Notes under the pieces: model-generated
Told to the model about the DNA's origin: nothing
Databases searched by the model: none
What the model saw: only the letters and a program-made list of their open reading frames with translations
Shown: positions 57,777 through 64,000 of the stretch, piece after piece
Position numbering within the stretch: position 1 is the stretch's first letter
Layout: the number at the start of each line of letters is the position of its first letter
Position numbers and translations under genes: made by a program
Origin: Syntrophomonas sp.
Lineage (GTDB): Bacteria; Bacillota; Syntrophomonadia; Syntrophomonadales; Syntrophomonadaceae
NCBI GenBank assembly: GCA_035447945.1
Contig: DAOTHZ010000001.1
Span: forward strand, 1,362 to 65,361
DNA: 64,000 nt
Direction: 5' to 3'

Positions 57777-58802
57777 CTATAGTGATTGTGCCTGAGGCAG
57801 ATCGTCGCTGCAATATCCGGTCAGCAGCAGGTCGCTTGCCAGCAAAGATAAAGCTGCTTCGGCTCCTTGATTAAGGTTTACACCTTGACGGGTGAGGGCA
57901 TCAAAACAGCCGCCGCTTTCAACATCATACAAGGGCAGGCCGTTGAGATTGGCGCCGCGATACCATTGATAGGCCAACCGCAGCAAGGTTTTATATTCAT
58001 TTCGACCGGTGACCTGATAGGCTTCATGACAGGCAAAAACAATCGAGGCAGCGTCCACCGGCTGCTGATCCCACAACGGCATCTTGCCTCCCCGGACATA
58101 CCAGCCTTCATTGCCGACGATATTTAAATAGCCTTTGGCAAACAAATGATGATTGAGAAAGCCGAGTGATGCATGGGCGATTTTCAGATATTTGCGGTTG
58201 CCGATGCTGGCATAAACCGCAAACAGGGCATGGGGCATGATGCCGTTGCAGTAGGTGATTTTGTCCTCAAACCAAAGCCAATCGGGACTGTGTTCATTAT
58301 GATAAAGAGCCAGCAGACGATCTGCCAGCATATGAATAAGATTGTTGATGGATTTGGCATTGATAAAGGGAAATTGCCCTTTGCAAAGACCGATCAGACA
58401 ATAAGCCAGGCCACGGGCAGAGTTTAGAAAAGGCAAGCAGGGGACTGCCCGTTCCAGCATGTTGGTACAGCTTCCTGCGATCAGCGGCCACTTTGAACGG
58501 CTGCCTGCACTGCAAGCCCAAAAAGCCCGTCCAAAACTGTCTTCAGAATTCAAGTCTGACAAGTAATCGCCGTGCAGCAACAGGTTGCACCAGGTATTGT
58601 TCGCCTGCCAGCTGTGCTCGAGATAATGGGTATAAGTCAGAGCCAGAGGATAGCCTTCATCCCCCATGGCTAAAGCCACCAGCAAGGCCCGAGCATTGTC
58701 ATCCAGCGTATAACCACTGTCCGGATCAGGATGATGACATTTGGAGAATTGCAGGATCCCCGTTGTGGTGGTCATGTTATACAAGTGTTTATAGTTTGGC
58801 AA
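57777..58802 (-). CDS. Conserved hypothetical protein, last gene of the manC-pmm-GT4 operon (possibly an alpha/alpha-toroid glycosidase-like fold)
   Basis: 341 aa and Trp/aromatic-rich (DDNARALLVALAMG, WLWFEDKITYCNG, NEGWY). No motif I can assign confidently. The TTG start overlaps the GT4 stop by 14 nt; an alternative ATG is at 58775. Confidence 0.4.
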   Translation of the reverse strand: MPNYKHLYNMTTTTGILQFSKCHHPDPDSGYTLDDNARALLVALAMGDEGYPLALTYTHYLEHSWQANNTWCNLLLHGDYLSDLNSEDSFGRAFWACSAGSRSKWPLIAGSCTNMLERAVPCLPFLNSARGLAYCLIGLCKGQFPFINAKSINNLIHMLADRLLALYHNEHSPDWLWFEDKITYCNGIMPHALFAVYASIGNRKYLKIAHASLGFLNHHLFAKGYLNIVGNEGWYVRGGKMPLWDQQPVDAASIVFACHEAYQVTGRNEYKTLLRLAYQWYRGANLNGLPLYDVESGGCFDALTRQGVNLNQGAEAALSLLASDLLLTGYCSDDLPQAQSL

Positions 58803-59955
58803 GAATCTTTTCCTCCCCCAGTCGGTTCAAATGCAGAACCTGTTCAAAGAAAACAAGGTATTCTCTCCCAACGTTTGACCAGGTCCAGGTTTTGCCCAGT
58901 TCCCAAGCCTTTTCCTGCAGGCTTTTCTGCAGTTCCTGCGATTCCAGTATTTTTTTCAGCCCTTGCGCCAGTAAATGCGGTTCGGCATTGGGCACAAGCA
59001 GACCGCGTCCGCCTTTTAGAACTTCCTTGGCATAGGCATAGGCAGTTGAAACGATGGCCCTTCCGCACCCTATCGCAAAAGCCATGGTGCCGCTCACCGC
59101 CTGGTCAAGATTGGGATAGGGACTGAGGTAGATATCGGTCATGTAAAGATATTTCCCCAATTCTTCGTCGGACAGGAATTTATTGATGAACAGGACATTG
59201 CGCTGCAAGCCGAGCGCTTCCATCAATTCAACCAGCATTTGGCGATATTTTTCACCTTCCTGCTGCAACAGCATGGGATGGGTCTGTCCCAGAATGAGGT
59301 AGATTACGTCAGGATGATCGGTTACCACTTCAGCTATCGCTTTGAGGCCTATTTCCAGGCCCTTGCCCGGCCCTATCAAACCAAATGTGCTGATCAAGCG
59401 GTGGTTTTGCAACCCATGCTGATGCTTGAGTTCTGGCTGGGCATAAGGAACGAAATCGGGAACCCCATGGGCTATGACTTTTACGATTTCTGCCGGTGCT
59501 TCATAAAGATCAATCAGTAAGTTGCGCGAACGCTGTGTCATGCACACGATACCGGCTGCCCGGTGACAGGCCTCATTTAGGATTTGTTTTTGCTTTTTGG
59601 ATGGACGGGGCAGTACGGTATGAGTGATTAGAATATATGGTTTGTGCAGCAGTTTGATCAGCTGTAAAACATATTCTCCGTCCTGTCCCCCAAAGATTCC
59701 GTACTCATGCTGCAGGATGACCAGATCTGCTGCAGCAGCGTTGATGAAGGCAGCCGCTTTTAAATAATCCTGGCGCTGGTTTTGCCGGATATTGAATATG
59801 ACCTGATTGCTGTAATGATAGTTGCAGCCATGGTCGGAAATGGCGACAATATTGAGATTGTGCCCCTCAGCGGTGAGACTGCTGCATAAATCTGAGGAAA
59901 ATGTTGCAATGCCGCACTGTTTGGGGAGGTAGGTGCCGATATTTATGATATTCAT
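58789..59955 (-). CDS. GT4 family (GT-B fold) glycosyltransferase
   Basis: N-terminus NIGTYLPKQCGIATFSSDL and the C-terminal E-x7-E-like region (SPYPNLDQAVSGTMAFAIGCGRAIVST) are typical of retaining GT4 mannosyl/glucosyltransferases. The ATG at 59955 lies 8 nt after AAGGAG. Confidence 0.8.
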   Translation of the reverse strand: MNIINIGTYLPKQCGIATFSSDLCSSLTAEGHNLNIVAISDHGCNYHYSNQVIFNIRQNQRQDYLKAAAFINAAAADLVILQHEYGIFGGQDGEYVLQLIKLLHKPYILITHTVLPRPSKKQKQILNEACHRAAGIVCMTQRSRNLLIDLYEAPAEIVKVIAHGVPDFVPYAQPELKHQHGLQNHRLISTFGLIGPGKGLEIGLKAIAEVVTDHPDVIYLILGQTHPMLLQQEGEKYRQMLVELMEALGLQRNVLFINKFLSDEELGKYLYMTDIYLSPYPNLDQAVSGTMAFAIGCGRAIVSTAYAYAKEVLKGGRGLLVPNAEPHLLAQGLKKILESQELQKSLQEKAWELGKTWTWSNVGREYLVFFEQVLHLNRLGEEKILAKL

Positions 59956-60047
59956 GATTGTTTCTCCTTCTTTTTCAAGCTGTCGATTAAGTTCCTGTAA
60001 GTATTCTGGCATCATTTGCAGTGGACTATACCTGCTGGATGGATTCT

Positions 60048-61424
60048 TTAAAATGCTGCTTGCGGTATTTTTAAGCCCAAGGAGCCTAGATAACCAAATA
60101 CCATACTGGTTATATTTTCCAATACCTCAGGAGAGTCCCCTTCACAGCGGCAAATAATTTCCGGACCGGTATTGGAAGCCCGTACCAGTCCCCAACCATG
60201 GGGAAAGATAATCCGCGCTCCATCAATATCAATGACTTCATGATCTTTTGTAAAATGCTGCCGGACCTGTTCCACCAACTGAAATTTGCTCTTATCATCG
60301 CTGGGGAGACGAATTTCCGGGGTGGCATAATACTTGGCGGTATCACTCAGCATTTCGCTGATGGTCTGCTTGCTGTTGGATAAGAGCAACAGCAAGCGGG
60401 CGGCCGCATAAAGCGCATCATCGAACCCATAATAGTCGTCAGCGAAAAACATATGTCCCGACATTTCTCCGGTAAAAATAGCCCCCGTTTCTTTCATTTT
60501 GGCTTTTATCAAGGAATGACCGGTTTTATAGAGCAACGGCGTGCCGCCCAGTCGTCTAATCTCGTCGATGAGACTTTGCGAGCATTTAACTTCCACAATG
60601 CTCGGCAGATGAGGATAGCGCGGCAGGATATCACGCCAGAAAAGGATCATCAGCTGATCACCCCAGATCATGTTGCCATCCCGATCCACCACCCCCAAAC
60701 GATCGCCGTCTCCGTCAATGCCAATGCCGATGTCTGCCTGGGTTTGCTTGACGAGATGAATCAGATCCAGCAGGTTTTCAGGTTTGACCGGATCGGGATG
60801 ATGATGGGGAAAAGTTGGATCAGATTCACAATACAAGGCAATGGTTTCGCAACCCAAACGTGTAAACAATTGGGGGGCAAAAGGAGATGCCGAACCGTTT
60901 CCGCAATCGACCACGACTTTTGGTTTATAGGGACCCAGTTTTATTTTTTCGGTGATCATTTGCATATACGCTGTGCGGATGTCGTGGTTGTTTAAACTGC
61001 CGCGTGACTGTGCGGGGAAATCCTTCTTTTCAGCCAATTGCTTGATTGCCGTAATTTGATCGCCATAAATGGTTGATTCCCCCAGCAACAGCTTACAGCC
61101 ATTGTATTCCCCGGGATTGTGACTGGCGGTGATCATAATGCCTGCCCCGATCTCCAGATGACGGGATGCATAATAAAACATGGGGGTGATCACCATCCCC
61201 AGATCGGTCACCTCACAGCCGCTTTGCAGCAAAGCTTCCGTTAGCAGATCGCGGTAATGAGGAGAGGAAATACGGTTGTCCCGCCCCAACAGGATTTTCC
61301 GGTAACCGTGCTGGCGGGCGTAAAGTGCAAATGCACGACCGATGTTAAACATAACTTCATCTGTCAGTTCCTGACCAACGATGCCGCGTATATCATATTG
61401 CCGATAAATATTTGAACTGCTCAT
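60048..61424 (-). CDS. Phosphomannomutase/phosphoglucomutase
   Basis: Active-site TASHNP, metal loop GIDGDGDR, GEMSGH sugar-binding loop. Confidence 0.9.
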   Translation of the reverse strand: MSSSNIYRQYDIRGIVGQELTDEVMFNIGRAFALYARQHGYRKILLGRDNRISSPHYRDLLTEALLQSGCEVTDLGMVITPMFYYASRHLEIGAGIMITASHNPGEYNGCKLLLGESTIYGDQITAIKQLAEKKDFPAQSRGSLNNHDIRTAYMQMITEKIKLGPYKPKVVVDCGNGSASPFAPQLFTRLGCETIALYCESDPTFPHHHPDPVKPENLLDLIHLVKQTQADIGIGIDGDGDRLGVVDRDGNMIWGDQLMILFWRDILPRYPHLPSIVEVKCSQSLIDEIRRLGGTPLLYKTGHSLIKAKMKETGAIFTGEMSGHMFFADDYYGFDDALYAAARLLLLLSNSKQTISEMLSDTAKYYATPEIRLPSDDKSKFQLVEQVRQHFTKDHEVIDIDGARIIFPHGWGLVRASNTGPEIICRCEGDSPEVLENITSMVFGYLGSLGLKIPQAAF

Positions 61425-61444
61425 TTTTTCCTCCCCTGCGATTC

Positions 61445-62491
61445 TTAAAGCAAGTCATGGCGCTCAAGGGTTTCGATCTGCCTTACCAGCTGACTGATAT
61501 CCTGGCTGCGATGGCGGTCGGCAACCAGAATAACATCATCGGTTTCCACGACCATTACATCTTCCACGCCAAAGAGAACTACAGTTTTGGTGTTTTGTTT
61601 GACCAGACAGTTTTTGCTGTCCACAAACAAGATATCCTGGCCTAATAAATAATTCTGTTGCTGGTCATAGGGGAACAGCTCTGCCAGCGCATTCCAATTG
61701 CCGATATCGGACCAGCCGAACCGACCCGGCACGACGGTAACGCGCTGGCTTTTTTCAGCGATACCGTAGTCGATGCTGATATTGGGCAATGCACTGTAAT
61801 GGCGCAAGTAATGTTCGTGGCCGGACTGCAGATGCATAAATATATCCGGCAGAAAACGAGCGAATTCCTCTGCCAGGATTCCTACTTTGCCTACATAGAT
61901 GCCTGAATTCCATAAATACCGCCCGCTATCCAGATACATGGCAGCTGTTTTGGCATCAGGCTTTTCACGAAAAGAAAGGACATCAAACACATCTTCTAAA
62001 TCATTGCACTGGCGGTCCGATTTCTCAATGTAACCGTAGCCGGTCTCGGCATGATCGGGTTCAATGCCAATGGTAACAAGATGGTTTTGTTCCGCAGCCT
62101 GTACAGCGCGGTGCAGCGTTTGACAAAACGAAGAGATGTCAAAAACATGATGATCTGCAGGAAAAATTGCCAGTACTTCGTCCGCCAGGGCAGGATAGAA
62201 GCGTGACAGCGACAAACCGATTGCCGGCGCAGTATTTCTTCCCTCCGGTTCACTGAGAATTTCGATTTTATCCGCATCCGGGCGCTGTTGGATGATACTC
62301 TTAATATCCGCCATTAAATTATCATTGGTAATGATCAGAAGCTGATCAACTCCGCTGGTTTCCAGGCGATCCAGAGTCTCGTCCAGCATCGATTTGCTGC
62401 CGGTCAATTTACATAGTTGTTTGGGTTGTTTATAACGGCTTTCAGGCCATAAGCGCAAGCCACGTCCTCCCGCCAAGACTACGGCAATCAT
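61445..62491 (-). CDS. manC: Mannose-1-phosphate guanylyltransferase (NTP-transferase domain only)
   Basis: N-terminus IAVVLAGGRGLRLWPESRYKQPKQL. 348 aa, without the isomerase/cupin extension. Confidence 0.8.
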   Translation of the reverse strand: MIAVVLAGGRGLRLWPESRYKQPKQLCKLTGSKSMLDETLDRLETSGVDQLLIITNDNLMADIKSIIQQRPDADKIEILSEPEGRNTAPAIGLSLSRFYPALADEVLAIFPADHHVFDISSFCQTLHRAVQAAEQNHLVTIGIEPDHAETGYGYIEKSDRQCNDLEDVFDVLSFREKPDAKTAAMYLDSGRYLWNSGIYVGKVGILAEEFARFLPDIFMHLQSGHEHYLRHYSALPNISIDYGIAEKSQRVTVVPGRFGWSDIGNWNALAELFPYDQQQNYLLGQDILFVDSKNCLVKQNTKTVVLFGVEDVMVVETDDVILVADRHRSQDISQLVRQIETLERHDLL

Positions 62492-62780
62492 TTACAATAC
62501 CTCCGTGCATGAACCAGTCGGGACTCTGAAGAACATCGTCGAAAGAATTTGCTCAATCAATTATATTAGCGTTCCTGTCAACCCGCTAATATGATAACGG
62601 TAAACAGCGGCTGCAATAATTACTGGTCGCGGATTTCACTCGAGCGAATGCAATTCTAGATTATTATGGACAAACAAGCACAGAAATATAAGTGAAACCC
62701 AAAAATCTGCCGAAATACACAGACGGTTTTTTTTCACGATGCTGTATTATATTTCCCAGTCAAGAAAAATATGCTGCAGA

Positions 62781-63944
62781 TTATTGCTCGGAAAGGGCGA
62801 ACGGACCCTGTAGTTGTTCCGGTTTGGGGCCGAAAAACTGAAAATAATTACACTGGATTCGACCATTGTACAGCTTGCGCTTTTTATGGGCCTTGCGCTG
62901 GAAGAGTTCTTCAAAGCGGGGGTGGGAGCAAATGATATAGATTGACCAAGTATCAAGACGGGAGAATACCTTACCCATGATCCGGTAAAGCGCTTCCGCT
63001 TCATTTTGATCTGCCAGCCGTTCACCATATGGAGGATTGGTGATCAGATAGCCGTATTTGTATTTGGAGCTTAGCTGACTGACGTCCCGTTGCTGAAAGG
63101 ACAGCAGATTTTGCAGACCGGCCTGTTTGGCATGAAAACGGGCCAAATCAAGGACAGAAACGTCCTGATCGTAACCCATAATCCCCAACGGCTGATGGCG
63201 AAGGATCGCATCCTCAGCTTCTTCCCGAGCCTGACGCCACATCACAGCCGGCAATTGAGGCCAGTTTTCAGCGGCAAAGTCCCGGCCCAGGCCCGGCGCC
63301 ATGTTTCTGCCAATTAAGGCCGCTTCAATCGGAATTGTACCCGAACCGCACATGGGATCGATCAAAGCCCGGTCGGCTTTCCAACGGCTGAGACTGACCA
63401 AGGCCGCGGCCAGCGTTTCCTTGAGCGGAGCTTCAGCGGAGAGCTTGCGATAACCACGTTTATGCAAACCGGCTCCGCTGGTATCAATGGTTAGGGTAAC
63501 CCGGTCTTTCAACAGGGCAACCTGGATTTTATACTTGGCACCGTCTTCGGAAAACCATTGACGAGGGTAACGCTGTTTCATTTTTTCAACCACAGCTTTT
63601 TTTACAATGGCCTGGCAATCCGGGACGCTGAATAGTTTGGATTGAATTGATTTGCCTTCTACAGGAATCGCGGCATTTTCGGGCAGCCATTCATCCCAGG
63701 GCAGGGCTTTAGTCTGCTCGAATAATTCTTCAAAGCTTAAGGCTTTGAATTCTCCGGCTTTTATTAGCAAGCGATCAGCTGAGCGCAGCCAGAGATTGCA
63801 GCGGGGGATGGCCTCAAGTCCGGCTTCGAAATCAACCCTTCCGTTTTCAACTTTTTGGTTGGCATAGCCTAATTTCTTTAGTTCATTGGCTACAATGGAC
63901 TCCAGTCCAAAGGCAGCGGTGGCAATCAGATTTATGTTTTGCAT
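62781..63944 (-). CDS. THUMP-domain class I SAM-dependent RNA methyltransferase (RlmL/YpsC-like)
   Basis: N-terminal THUMP region, DPMCGSGTIPIEA SAM motif and NPPYGERL catalytic motif. Confidence 0.85.
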   Translation of the reverse strand: MQNINLIATAAFGLESIVANELKKLGYANQKVENGRVDFEAGLEAIPRCNLWLRSADRLLIKAGEFKALSFEELFEQTKALPWDEWLPENAAIPVEGKSIQSKLFSVPDCQAIVKKAVVEKMKQRYPRQWFSEDGAKYKIQVALLKDRVTLTIDTSGAGLHKRGYRKLSAEAPLKETLAAALVSLSRWKADRALIDPMCGSGTIPIEAALIGRNMAPGLGRDFAAENWPQLPAVMWRQAREEAEDAILRHQPLGIMGYDQDVSVLDLARFHAKQAGLQNLLSFQQRDVSQLSSKYKYGYLITNPPYGERLADQNEAEALYRIMGKVFSRLDTWSIYIICSHPRFEELFQRKAHKKRKLYNGRIQCNYFQFFGPKPEQLQGPFALSEQ

Positions 63945-64000
63945 TATACTCGTCTTTCATTTCAGCCAGGGTGGTTCATATCCGTACCCTGCGCAGCATT

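Overview
This is a 64-kb chromosomal segment from a Gram-positive anaerobe. Gene content looks Clostridia/Peptococcaceae-like: strong GGAGG Shine-Dalgarno sites, many TTG/GTG starts, CIRCE-groESL, an HdrD-like Fe-S protein and a spore-type GH18 enzyme. I call about 60 protein-coding genes. I see no rRNA, tRNA, CRISPR array, transposase, integrase or phage genes. Most of the window is housekeeping, with synteny blocks known from Bacillus: acpS-nnr-CBS-alr-mazEF, then tsaE-tsaB-rimI-tsaD, then moaA-moaC-MOSC-moaB, then CIRCE-groES-groEL, plus glnA, pepF, topB, lysA, dapA, queG and cca. Five parts look non-routine. (1) A tightly coupled four-gene minus-strand operon (13294..7859) encodes an ICMT-like membrane methyltransferase, a SAM methyltransferase, a GH3-like adenylate-forming amido synthetase and a membrane GAF-GGDEF-HD-GYP c-di-GMP enzyme. 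(2) A bipartite glycoside locus consists of a 1176-aa fusion protein (GpgS-like GT-A domain, about 600 aa of unknown sequence, GH130-like domain; 49614..53144) and a convergent manC-pmm-GT4-unknown operon (62491..57777). The two parts are separated by topB and an orphan MEDS-PAS histidine kinase. (3) A DnaA-box cluster sits directly downstream of tsaD. (4) An unlisted 57-aa Cys-rich ORF heads the Moco operon. (5) Several strong operator-like palindromes occur, including a Fur/PerR-type box, a LysR T-N11-A box and an 18-bp perfect palindrome upstream of a PAS-GAF-HD-GYP gene. All functional calls come from reading motifs in the translated ORFs. No database search was run.
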